From positions 62,001 to 126,000 of the forward strand of contig NIVC01002758.1 in assembly GCA_002269645.1 (NCBI GenBank): a stretch of DNA of 64,000 bases. Direction: 5' to 3'. Under the pieces are notes generated by a model. It was given only the letters and a program-made list of their open reading frames with translations, did not search any database and was not told the DNA's origin. Source of the stretch: Macrostomum lignano. Its lineage: Eukaryota. The translations under genes and the position numbers were made by a program. Shown one piece after another: positions 1 through 11,400 of the stretch (its first letter is position 1; each line of letters begins with the position of its first letter).

Positions 1-993
1 TGTGCGTTGAGGCACAAAAGGTGAACAAAGTAGGAATTGGGGGCATTGGGGGGAGTGAAAAGTGAATAAAAGGTGCGCTGCTGTGGAGGTGCAGAAAAAG
101 TGTACAGTGTGCACTGGAGGCACGAAAGGTGAATAAAAGGTGCACAGTGGGCACTTTAGGCGTAGAGGCAATGCAAGGGGCGTTAAAGTTTCAACTGGCG
201 AAGTTTTTTGCTACCTTTTCTCACTATTGGAAATTTTTCCTCACTAATGCAAACCTTTTCATCACTTTTCGGAACTTTTCCTGAGTATTTGAAAGTCATT
301 AAGACTTATCAGTATAGGAAATGTTTAGTTTTGTGGTTTGTCAGGAGTAGGAAGGGGATAGCAGCGATTAGTATAGGTGTAAATAAAGCTTTTCTATGTT
401 CAATCTGTGCGTGCAATGTACGAGTATGTAACTCTCAGTTAATTTTGTTACAAATTATTAATGCGTTAATTCGTGCATAGGCATGAAAGGTGAGCGAGGT
501 GCACAAAAGAGGCACTTTGGGGGTCTCTTTTGAGCGTGTTTTGGAAATGCACCTGTATACATATTTACGCACATGTACACCTTATGCACCTCTAATTTAC
601 CTTTCGTGCCTGAAATGCACCTTAAATGCACCTTAAATGCACCTCTAATTCACCTTTCATGCGCTTTCTGCGCCCCTTCAGCACCTTTCCTGCACCTGCT
701 GTGCCTCACTTGTGAGCCTACTCTTCACCTTTTGCGCACCTCCAGTGCCCCTTGTACACCTTTACTGCCCCTACCGCCGCAACCAATCAAAATTGAGAAT
801 TCACCTTCTGCCTGACCACTTCACCGATTTTACACCTTTCATGCCTCTTTTCAAAAATATTGGTGACATTTAGGCATAAAAGGTGCACTCAGGTGCATTT
901 CCAAAGCACACACGAAATAGGCCACCAAAGTGCCTCTTTTGTGCACCTCGTTCACCTTTCATGCCTCTGCAGGTGCATAACTTTTCCAACGGG
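1..993. mobile_element. Probable right end of a CMC/EnSpm-like DNA transposon with subterminal repeats (left end outside the window)
   Basis: AGGTGCA/AAGGTG motifs are dense at 1-500 and the complementary TGCACCT/CACCTT motifs at 550-960. The region ends in ...TTTTCCAACGGG (993), a CCC-type terminus like that of the element at 57576-62418. The partner TIR is not visible. Confidence 0.35.
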
Positions 994-1744
994 AAAAGGA
1001 AGGAACAAAAAGGCAATGAAGCTGAAGCCTAGTGGGAAATATTCTTCTACTGCTTTAAAAGTTTTTGACTCTCCAATGCTTTCCATAGAAGTCTAGCAAA
1101 GAAGACTTTTGGGACAGCCGTCGTAGTTTTTCTTACTGACTGAAGGAATATTCTGTACTCAGATTGTAGATTTGTAAGCCTTCTTTACTTTTTTGTCTTT
1201 ATGACATCGTGCTTCATGTTGTAGCTATATTTAGTTTCTATAAATTAGTTATTCCAATATCCTGTCTGGTGACTAGTATGTATTTTTTATTGTTGTGTCT
1301 TCTATTATACAAAAAATTAGTAAAGCTTGATTGGATTTTTTAACTCATTGAATTGCCTCAGTAGCCTTGGTAACCCGGATAAAAATCTACTACTATTTGC
1401 ATTTCAACTGCCAGTATGCCAATAATAAAGAACCTGCGTGAAAACGAATTTCTAACTGGATTTTTTATCATTTAAGCAAGCCTTCTAATCTTCCATCCGG
1501 TGCATTCATTCACTATTGTCTGGCATTTGCTTTTTTAATTTCCATTTTCCAATGCTATATATCTCCTCACACCAATGTCTGTATTCCCAATGCATAGCTG
1601 ACAAAAGCAATCAGCAGCTTTGATTAATTAGTATAAAAGTACAAATTCAGCGCATGAGATCGCTTGCCTACAGCAGCGAACTGCTTCTTCTTATTTGTTT
1701 TCAAATTGCCTTTTTTCAGTGTGTCCGATTCTTTGCGTTAAAGC

Positions 1745-1838
1745 TGTGTAGGTAACGTCTGGGATCAGGAAGAGAAGCTTAGCCGTAACAAGTCCTGGGT
1801 TCGATTCCGTGTGCCGCTACGTTAATTTTGGGCTGTGG
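1745..1838 (+). mobile_element. Truncated tRNA-derived SINE head (family B)
   Basis: B-box GGTTCGATTCC at ~1798-1808, followed by GTTAATTTTGGGCTG. This matches the minus-strand element at ~10150-10530 (ATTAATTTGGGGCTG). Confidence 0.4.
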
Positions 1839-1839
1839 A

Positions 1840-1928
1840 AACTAACTAACTAGCTAACTAGCTAACTAACTAACTGACTAACTAACTAACTAACTAATTA
1901 GCTAACTAACTAACTAGCTAGCTATCTG

Positions 1929-1959
<31 letters not shown>

Positions 1960-1960
1960 G

Positions 1961-1993
<33 letters not shown>

Positions 1994-2011
1994 TTAGCTA
2001 ACTAACTAACG

Positions 2012-2061
<50 letters not shown>

Positions 2062-2079
2062 TTAGCTAACTAACTAACG

Positions 2080-2129
<50 letters not shown>

Positions 2130-2176
2130 TTAGCTAACTAACTAACTAGCTAGCTAACTAACTAACTAGCTAACTG

Positions 2177-2213
<37 letters not shown>

Positions 2214-2263
2214 TTAGCTAACTAACTAACTAGCTAGCTAACTGACTAACTAACTAGCTAACT

Positions 2264-2306
<43 letters not shown>

Positions 2307-2310
2307 TTAG

Positions 2311-2354
<44 letters not shown>

Positions 2355-2454
2355 TTAGCTAACTAACTAACTAGCTAGCTAACTAACTAACTAGCTAACT
2401 GACTAACTAACTAACTAACTAACTAACTAGCTAACTAAGTAACTAACTAATTAG

Positions 2455-2506
<52 letters not shown>

Positions 2507-2556
2507 TTAGCTAACTAACTAACTAGCTAGCTAACTGACTAACTAACTAGCTAACT

Positions 2557-2610
<54 letters not shown>

Positions 2611-2620
2611 GCTAACTAAG

Positions 2621-2687
<67 letters not shown>

Positions 2688-2705
2688 TTAGCTGACTAAC
2701 TGGCT
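1840..2705. repeat. (TAAC)n microsatellite with TAGC/TGAC/TAAT variants
   Basis: Seen directly in the sequence. Confidence 0.97.
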
Positions 2706-3045
2706 ATCTAAACAACGGACTACTTAACCAACTATGTAACTAAGTAGCTACCTAGTTGGACTTGAATCGGAGTCTTGACAGTTACTGTGTCTCAATAGTA
2801 TGATGATACCTTTTTTTACGACAGAGCCTCTTCTTTTAGTTAATAGCAGTTTTTATCACTTAATTTGTTACTTAGAGAACTTAGTATAATGAGAAGCCTC
2901 AATCGGAAAATTTATGCTCTAAAACAAACAAGCCTATTTTTCTACTCTACTATCTTCGCCAGCGAGACGCAGCTGAAGGTTTCATATTCGGAGGTTTCAA
3001 TTATACGCAAATCAGCTGTCTTCACAACAGAATATAGAATAAAAC

Positions 3046-3570
3046 ATGTCTGGCGACAGCAGCGCAGCACCAATCCCGCCGGCTGTAATGTGGGCCCAGC
3101 GCAAGGACAAACTGTACGTCACCATCTGTCTGGAGGATGTGCAGAATAAAAAGCTGGAGCTCACCGAGAAGCAGCTAATATTTAGCGGCGTCGGCGGTAC
3201 AGACAGGAAGCCGCACGCTGTCACTATCGACTTTCACAAGGAGGTGAACCCTGACGACAGCAAGCAGCTGGTCACCGACAGGGAGATTGTCATGTGCATC
3301 AAGAAGAAAGAGTCCGGGCCTTATTGGCCTCGGCTGCTGTCCGATTCCACTAAGCGGCACTGGCTGAAAACCGACTTCAATCGCTGGCTGGACGAAGACG
3401 ATTCAGATGACGACATGGCTGCCAGGGAGAACAACCTGGAGGAGATGATGGCCAGGATGGGCTCGGGATTCGGCGGAGGGGACGACGGACTGCCGTTGCC
3501 AGGCGACGATATAGGCGCGGACGAGCCGGATCAGGATAGCGACGATGAGGACCTGCCGGATCTGGAGTGA
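3046..3570 (+). CDS. PTGES3: p23 / prostaglandin E synthase 3-like HSP90 co-chaperone (single exon, 174 aa)
   Basis: CS-domain motifs WAQR, WPRLL and WLKTDFNRWLDEDDSDDD, followed by a Gly/Met-rich acidic tail. Confidence 0.93.
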   Translation: MSGDSSAAPIPPAVMWAQRKDKLYVTICLEDVQNKKLELTEKQLIFSGVGGTDRKPHAVTIDFHKEVNPDDSKQLVTDREIVMCIKKKESGPYWPRLLSDSTKRHWLKTDFNRWLDEDDSDDDMAARENNLEEMMARMGSGFGGGDDGLPLPGDDIGADEPDQDSDDEDLPDLE

Positions 3571-4557
3571 TTCTCTCCAATAGGAGTCTTGGCGCCTGAC
3601 AAAGGAGAGGAGAGATTGGGGGGTGGGGGAACTGAAATTCAGTTAAATATTAAAAGGTCTTAATGAGCAACAGATTGAAAGTGAACTTCTTATTCAATGG
3701 ATCAACACTTGTTCATAAATAGTTGAACCCCTAATCTCTTTAACCGCGTGAATTGCTAACTCCTGGTGAATTTAACTGTGTTTTCATATTCCACCCAGCA
3801 GCATTGTTTGAACAAAAATACGTGTTTTAAATTGCAAAATGACCTATTCATAGTGCTTTTTGTAAGCTTTTAAATTTCTCTTATAATAATATCAATAGAA
3901 ATGACTTGCTCACCGCCTATACGACGCACCAGACCTTAACAGTGTTGGCCTTTTCCTGCGTTTTGAATGTTTATAACCGACAACTTAATGTTTTGCTGCG
4001 GCAATTTCGTTAGAAAATAATAACTCTACATTTATTTGGTTAGCTGCCATGGTCTCCAACTCTCCTTATGTCAGGCGTCTCCAGTGCTGTCTCTAATTAC
4101 TATACTTTTTTAGAGAACGTTTTTGTACCATTTCTCTGTTTCATTTTCTCACAGTGTCCATCTTAAAGTTGAGCAGGTCCAGAAGAAGATCAGTTTGTTC
4201 TAGGTTAAACGGAATTCCATGTGTTAAACTTGAGCACTAGTGTAAGTTCCGCCTGATGCCTCTCCGGTTAAGTTATATTTACCTTCTATATTGTCAGTAC
4301 GGATGAATCACCTTCATAATAATATTCACCTTGACTACAATGCTAACATCTAGTGTCATGTATACTCCAGCATAAGATTATTTTAGTGAATATCCAGCCA
4401 CATTGGTTTACATTAAGCCATAGTTTAAAATGGGAGTTTAAAAAAAGAAAAAGCTGAAAGCTTTGATTTCCTTGCTGTTGGATAAAGATTCTCTTCGTTG
4501 TTTATTAATTTGTTTTTTGTTTAAATCGTAGCTTTAATTGTACGAGTAGTTAGCAAA

Positions 4558-6237
4558 TCAGAGTTCTTGCTCATCCCAGGACCATCCCGTCCGCTTGGAT
4601 ATTTGAGCACCAACTGCTGCTGGTTGAAACTTCTTTGGCTGCAATGCCGCATACCGCCAATTGTCAGTCTGCATCTCCGGCAGAGGTTGCTGCTTTTGAA
4701 GCTCACCAGCTCTAGCTGTGTTGTCTTGTTTGCCTGATGCTAATCTTGGCTGCCAATGATTTACACCGTCGAGTTTCTGGTCCTTGCTAGCTGATGCTTG
4801 AATCCCAGCTGGTAGTTGGTCAGGTGTTGCTTGTCGCTGATACAGAGGCGACTGTACTGGTTCTGGCTGACTCCAGTGATGCGACCTGTAGATGAATTGG
4901 TACAAGTGTCTTGTTTACTCTTGGAATGGCTCAACATTTCTTCTTTTGCATCCAACTTTCACTATAACCATTCTTCACGCAAATTATGTTAAAAAATTAA
5001 ATATTAACGACCTTGCTGCATTCTGGCGTCTTTAAAACATCCTGTATGTGGATATTACAAACGTATAATAAGGAAATCGTTTAAAAAGATAGTAACTTTG
5101 AGTTCCTACTTTTAACAGGTTTGAATTTTGAAGCTGTGAAAGCGACTTTTTGGCATCAAGCAAATAAATAAAGCAATGATCTTCCTATGTAGGAGTCCCT
5201 CGTTCCAAGATTGATTATAAAACTTCTGCATAGAAATACAATCTTGTATACAAAGCCTGCCAGCATACTTTGATGATGACTCCTGTTGCAATTTAAGTTG
5301 TTCAAGTTGCTCGCCCAGACGACGAACGCTGTCCTCCATACGTTTGAGACTTCTCGATACTGCGCGCTCTTTTGTTCTCCAGCCTTCGTCATCAGTTAGT
5401 TGATCTAAGTTGACGCGCTGAGTAGAGTGGTCGATTGGCACAAGTGACACCGTAGCCCGGTGATGTTGCGTCTGGTACTGGTAGCCATTTCCTTCGTACG
5501 TGTAGCCTCCGCCTGTTTGAGCTAGCCTCTTGAGTCGATTGGCTAGATTGATCTGAGCACAGCAACGACAGCCAGAGCTGCTCATAGTGTAGCTTGTGTT
5601 TTGATGTCGCTTCTGCTGCTTATTCTTCTGCGGCTGAAGATATTCGGATATCAGTTTGTTAACTCGATCGTTTTCCATTATTGCTGAATTGGATCTGTGG
5701 CTATGCTCCGGTGTCAGGCGTTCCGTAGTACTGATTGGCTGAAAGATAGGGGTCGTGCATCGTACATAGTTGCGCACAAGTCGTAGCATGATTTCCAAAT
5801 ATTCTTACCTTTGTTAATTCGCCCTTGTTTTCACTTGTATCGGTAACGATTTGGCTTATACTATCTAGCCTTTCGATCGTCTCTTCCAAGCCTTTGGCTT
5901 TATCTATCGCTCGTCGCTCCGAATCCTTTAAGCCTATTTCAAACGTGACTGTCTTTTGCATGTCCATTTTAACTGGAAAGAGATTGCTATCGAAGATAAG
6001 GTCGATTGCTCTATTAAAAGTTTGCTCTAAGCAGTTTTTGTCACGGCTAACTAGAGCGCGTTCGTCTCTGCTTTGCTGCTTTGCAAAACTGCTTTGCTGC
6101 GTTCGTTGCCTTGTCACTTCTTGCTGTTTATAGCTGTACTGGAAAGTGTCCTTTGTACTTTTCCTTCCTCTGAGCCATTCATCCATCCAGTTCCATGCTT
6201 TACAGGGAACAACCAAAGTGCAGTGCAGTACTTCCAT
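4558..6237 (-). CDS. Uncharacterised ~408-aa protein, 3 exons (6237-5809, 5738-5269, 4885-4558)
   Basis: Three overlapping ORFs join in phase through GT-AG introns: AAG|GTAAGA...TTTCAG|CCA (phase 0) and AA|GTATGC...CTACAG|G (phase 2). A predicted coiled coil is present (RSLKRMEDSVRRLGEQLEQLK). No family recognised. Confidence 0.55.
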
Positions 6238-6673
6238 CGCTGCACGTGTTTGTATTGACTAGCTTTTTAATACGGAAATTGACTTCCCGTTTTACTCTTC
6301 TAGAAAGGCTTGTCTATATCCCCATATGTACTCTCTCTGCACATGCATTTAGCCCATATTTGCTCTTATTGTGCAAACTAGAAATATGGGTAACTTGCTT
6401 GAAAACTAGCACGACTTGCAGAGTCAGGTTCGTGTTTATTAATGGAAGTAAATAGGACTGCGATTCTGGTTATTTTGTTTAAACTGTTTGCACTAGGTTT
6501 AGCATTTTCCACTCACCCATTTTCCCCATAGTAGCTCCGCAGTTTACTTGTGTCTAGACAAAACTTTTCGTCATTTTCACATGAATTCATGCTATAAATT
6601 CTTTCAGGCCTACTGTGAGTAGCCAGATCTAGAAATAAAAACAGATTTTTATACAAAATAAAATCAATAAAAA
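6238..6673. promoter_or_regulatory. Putative bidirectional promoter between head-to-head genes
   Basis: The start codons at 6237 (-) and 6674 (+) diverge and are only ~440 bp apart. Inferred from geometry only. Confidence 0.4.
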
Positions 6674-7144
6674 ATGTCGCAGCCAAGTTCAGCGGTCATT
6701 GTGGAAGGCGAGGCGCCAGAATCGGACGATGAAGAGCAGCAGCTGACTGACTCGCCATCCTCCGATGTCAGTTCAAAGAAATCGACTGCTCCAACTGTTG
6801 CAAAAGACGCCATAGCAACAGAGCACGGGGCGCAGTCTCGGCTGCAGCAGCAGCAGCAGCAAAAGACTAGCCAGCAGGAGCAGCAGCGTCGCTACGCTAG
6901 CAGCGCGTTGCACGCCAGATTTTTTCAAGACGCCGGCAAACTGCAATCCGCGCTGGTTGCTAGGCGAGCGTCAACCTACGAGGCGGCTACTAAAGAGCTG
7001 CGCGGAGTTGCTAGCCAATTAGCTAAGACGCACGCGTGCATTCAGGATGCCTCGCATGCGCTTCGGCTGACTACTAATGATCTGTACAAACTTGACGACC
7101 GGCTGCAAGCCCTGACTAAGACTGACTGGCTGGCTGGCTTGTGA
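6674..7144 (+). CDS. BLOC1S3: BLOC-1 subunit 3 (single exon, 156 aa)
   Basis: N-terminal V.GEA.ESD.E motif (IVEGEAPESDDEE) and a C-terminal helical region (LHARFFQ...LRLTTNDLYKLDDRL) resemble BLOC1S3. Confidence 0.75.
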   Translation: MSQPSSAVIVEGEAPESDDEEQQLTDSPSSDVSSKKSTAPTVAKDAIATEHGAQSRLQQQQQQKTSQQEQQRRYASSALHARFFQDAGKLQSALVARRASTYEAATKELRGVASQLAKTHACIQDASHALRLTTNDLYKLDDRLQALTKTDWLAGL

Positions 7145-7469
7145 ACGGCTATATTAAACTGATAGTTTTCACACTTTGCTACCAATTACTGGCAAAACTT
7201 TCACTAACTCGTTAGATCATACATTGTTCAGTCGGTTTTTTAGTGCTTTCCAATACTATATGTGTACTATATGTAAACTTTATGATTTTTGATAGATTGT
7301 CTGTCTCGTTAAAGTATATGATTATTTTTTGTATATAATTAAACCTATTTATGATTTTCAATATCTAAAAACTGAAATTAGAAAGTGTTCGATTTGATTT
7401 TAAGAAAATTTCAGGTGGATCCTATAATTTATGGAGGCTATATTTAATCCTAGCAATAATTAGACTGAG

Positions 7470-8390
7470 GAATAGATCAGCTACCCAACAACAGACTAGG
7501 GGATAGAGCGACTCCCTAGCAATAGACTGAGGGATAGAGAGGCCCCCTCTACAACAGACTGGGGGTAGAGAGGCCCCTCTACAACAGACTGGGGGTAGAG
7601 AGGCCTCTCTACAACAGACTGGGGGTAGAGAGGCAGGCCCCTCTACAACAGACTGGGGGTAGAGAGGCCTCTCTACAACTGACTGGGGGTAGAGAGGCCC
7701 CTCTACAACAGACTGGGGGGTAGAGAGGCCCCTCTACAACAGACTGGGGGTAGAGAGGCCCCTCAACAACAGACTGGGGGGTAGAGAGGCCCCTCTACAA
7801 CAGGCTGGGGGTAGAGAGGCCCCTCTAGACCAGACTGGGGATAGAGAGGCCCCCTCTATAATGGATAGAGAGGCCCCCTCTAGACCAGACTGGGGATAGA
7901 GAGGCTCCCTCTATAATGGATAGAGAGGCCCCCTCTAGACCAGACTGGGGATAGAGAGGCCCCCTCTATAATGGATAGAGAGGCCCCCTCTATAATGGAT
8001 AGAGAGGCCCCCTCTACAACAGACTGGGGGGTAGAGAGGCCCCCTCTAGACCAGACTGGGGATAGAGAGGCCCCCTCTATAATGGATAGAGAGGCCCCCT
8101 CTATAATGGATAGAGAGGCCCCCTCTATAATGGATAGAGAGGCCTCCTCTATAATGGATAGAGAGGCCCCCTCTACAACAGACTGGGGGGTAGAGAGGCC
8201 CCTCTACAACGGACTGGGGGTAGAGAGGCCCCTCTACAACAGGCTGGGGGATAGAGAGGCCCCTCTACAACTGGCTGGGGGATAGAGGCCCCTCAACAAC
8301 AGGCTGGGGGATAAAGGGCCCCTCAACAACAGACTGGGGGGGTAGAGAGACCCCCTCAACAACAGGCTGGGGATAGAGCGGCTACCCAAC
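7470..8390. repeat. Composite minisatellite (~30-bp GAGAGGCCCCTCTACAACAGACTGGGGGTA and 24-bp ATGGATAGAGAGGCCCCCTCTATA units)
   Basis: Tandem units seen directly; they explain the spurious ORF 7971-8285. Confidence 0.93.
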
Positions 8391-8446
8391 AACATATTTT
8401 CAAGTTATTGAAATTGCAACTTCATTAACCCCATGGATTTCTTCAG

Positions 8447-11400
8447 TTGTCCAAAGCCACAGCTCGATTTGGTAGCAGCCTTGCCGCTACCGCGCGCTCA
8501 GTTGCTGGTCATAGACTGAGTACCAACTGCTTATTGTTGCGTCAGTCATTTTCGCCGGCGCTTTGTAGGCGATGGGTAGCAACGGAGCCGGCAATTTTCT
8601 CGTCCACCGCAGCGTCAGTTTACACGGTTGCTAGGCGACAGAAACACACAGATTTGCGCCCGCCAAAGCCAACAATTGCTTATCGACTAGTGGCCTCAGC
8701 GCCAGCCGGTCTGCAACCTTACCTGAGACTGGCTCGATTAGATAGGCCTATTGGCACCTGGCTATTGTACCTGCCTTGCGCTTGGAGCATCACCTTGGCA
8801 ACTCCAGCTGGCCTGCTGCCAGATCCGCTTGTGCTGGGCCTATTCGGCTGCGGCGCCCTGCTGATGCGAGGCGCCGGCTGTACTATGAATGACATTTTAG
8901 ATAGGTGAGCCGGACAGAGAGTAGGGGAGGGAGAAGAAAAAGGAGATGAGAGATGAGAGGCGAGATGAGAGGAGGGAGGAGAGGAGAAAAGAAAGGAGAA
9001 AAGCGAAGAATGGAAAGTGGAGAGGAGAGAAGAAAATATAGATAAGAGGATAGAGGAGAGAAGAGAAAAGATAGATAAGAGGAGAGAGGAGAGAAGAGAA
9101 AAGATAGATAAGAGGAGAGAGGAGAGAAGAGAAGAAAGGAGAGAGAGAGATGGGAGGAGAGGGGATAGGAGAGAAGAAAGGAGATGAATGGGATGAGAGA
9201 AGAAAAGAGAGGAAAAGAGAGAGATGAGAGGAGAAGGGAGAGAGGGGAGAGAGAAGAGAGAGAGATAGAGCTGAGAAGAGAAGCGGGATTAGTATTGGGA
9301 AGTTTCAAGAACCCAAAAGGGTTGCATAGTGAGGCTTTGCGGCCGCATGCTGTAACATTGCTGCTATTAGTATTGGCCAGTGCTGAACAACTAAGGTTGG
9401 GACACTTAACCAAAGCATGCTACTAATAGTATTGAAAATTGAATGTCTCTCCTACTCAGGGATTATGACAAGCGCGTAGAACGCACCGAGGACCGGCCGA
9501 TACCTTCAGGCCAGGTGACTGTGCCCCGAGCTACAGCTTTCCTAATTGGCCAATCGCTGCTGGCCGCTTGCGTTCTGTTTCAATTCGACTGGTTCACCGT
9601 TGGTTTGGGCGTCGCTTCGCTCGGCTTAGTTGCCACTTATCCGCTGTTTAAACGGTTCACTTATTGGCCTCAGGCGGCGTTGGGTATGCCTAATTTATCG
9701 GTTTCATTTCTTCTTAATTATATTCTAATTTATAAAAGAAAGCCCTGGCACTATTGAAAAGTCGCTGCTAGTAAGCTACTTTTCTCGGATCTCCCTTGCA
9801 ACTTGCTCGACTCTGCGTAACCAGAAAATAGGATGAATCAAATGAGGTTTTACCATAGACTCAGGGGTCGGCAAACTTTTTATCTTAATGGCCAGATAAA
9901 GAATCTCGACCATTACTGTGGGCCAGATGAGAAAGGAAAAATGAATAGATAGAGAGAGAAGAGAAATAAAGAAAGTGAGAGATGCGATGAGAGAAGAGGA
10001 GAGGAGAGGAGTAGAGAAAAGAGAGGAGGGGAGAGAGGACTGAGAAGAAAAACAAACTTTGAGCGGGCCAGATTGCTATTGTGAAGTTTCAGAGGACCGA
10101 GGGCGGGCCAGAGTTTGCCGTCCCCCTGCCATAGACAACAGACCATTGCACTACTGCGGTATGGAGTGAGGATCGTTCTTAGTTAGATAAAAGAAGCAAG
10201 GGACTGTGTACACCCTGACATTGTCACACAACCGGCGAGAGGCATTACTGCCCATTCCGCCGACTCCCCCTGAGCAGGCACACAAGCGCACGGATACGTA
10301 CGCAGTCACACGCACAGGCACACGCTCACACAGGAGTGTACAGCGGCCCCTGACTTTATTTATCGTTAGGCATGTACACTTCACTGCGCCTTGGGGTTGG
10401 CCCTCAAGGGCGTTAATTGCACGAGCAGAGCCAAGCCGAGACTCCAATTCAGCCCCAAATTAATGTGACTGCACTTGGAATCGAGCCTGGGCCGCTGACA
10501 CGTCAGAGCGCCGCGCTAGACCGCTGGGTAGATCAAGGAAACAAAAAAATAGCAAGGCCTGTCATTAACTAAAGTTCACTAAATAGTTGAACTTCTGCTG
10601 CTGTAGTGCGATGAAACCTCACTGCTAGGTGTCTATCTAGTACTTATCTCCAAAAAACTACCTTGCGCGTCACAGGAATTACACTCAACTTCGGCATTCT
10701 GATTGGTTACTCAGCTATTCAAGCTCACTGTGATTGGCCAGTAGTGTTGCCACTGTACGGAGCGGCTATCCTGTGGACTATGATTTATGACACAATATAT
10801 TCGCATCAAGTATGAATTTATAATATTGTACACAATACTTAACAACCTTATCTACGAGTGCCTCTGTTGTGTGCGTTTTTTTCTAGAGTTATTTTAACTC
10901 CCAATAGGACACCTACAGTTGCGTTTAGTTCCTAGCTGCATAGCAACTAGATTTAGTTATTGTTGTATCCTGTTGTTTAACACTGTCAAGCCAGTTACCA
11001 TGGGCCATTGTGGGACACTTTTGTTTCTTAGGAAACTTTTGAAGGCTGTGTTCTATATTCCATGCAAGTTGATTCTCATATCGTTGGATTTTCTGCCAAA
11101 ATTTTCTAACGGAGAAGCAAAAAAAACTATAAATATTCTACATAGTCTACTATTGTGGTGAAGACCTCAGTAGGCAAGCATCGCATTTTAATGATATAAT
11201 ATATAATTGTCGATAGGTTGTAGCTTAACGGTTAGAGCGTCTAACTTCTGACTGAAAAGTCAGAGGTTCGATTCTCGACCCACTCGAAACAATTTGTGTC
11301 GTTTAACTCTGCATTGCTTCAGTTCACCCAGCTGTAAAATGGGTGCCAGCATTAGCTGGGGTAATTGAGGGTGTGTCAAAAGCCCCTGTATGTTATATCT

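Noticed and set aside
3046-3570. Functional clustering of p23 (HSP90 co-chaperone) with the PIKK SMG1
   Set aside because: They are separated by an opposite-strand gene, and nothing in the sequence indicates co-regulation. Probably coincidental.
10676-10809. The duplicate COQ2 exon as a decayed pseudo-exon
   Set aside because: It has an exact length match, intact splice sites, no stops, conserved catalytic-region residues (YDTIY.HQ) despite heavy synonymous divergence, and e-type diagnostic residues.
11212-11290. Functional tRNA genes (also ~1760-1815, ~23670-23735 minus, ~32840-32900 minus, 43568-43635)
   Set aside because: They have A/B-box-like motifs but no convincing cloverleaf or acceptor stem, and most continue into shared SINE bodies. 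Treated as SINE heads or remnants; tRNAscan-SE would settle this.
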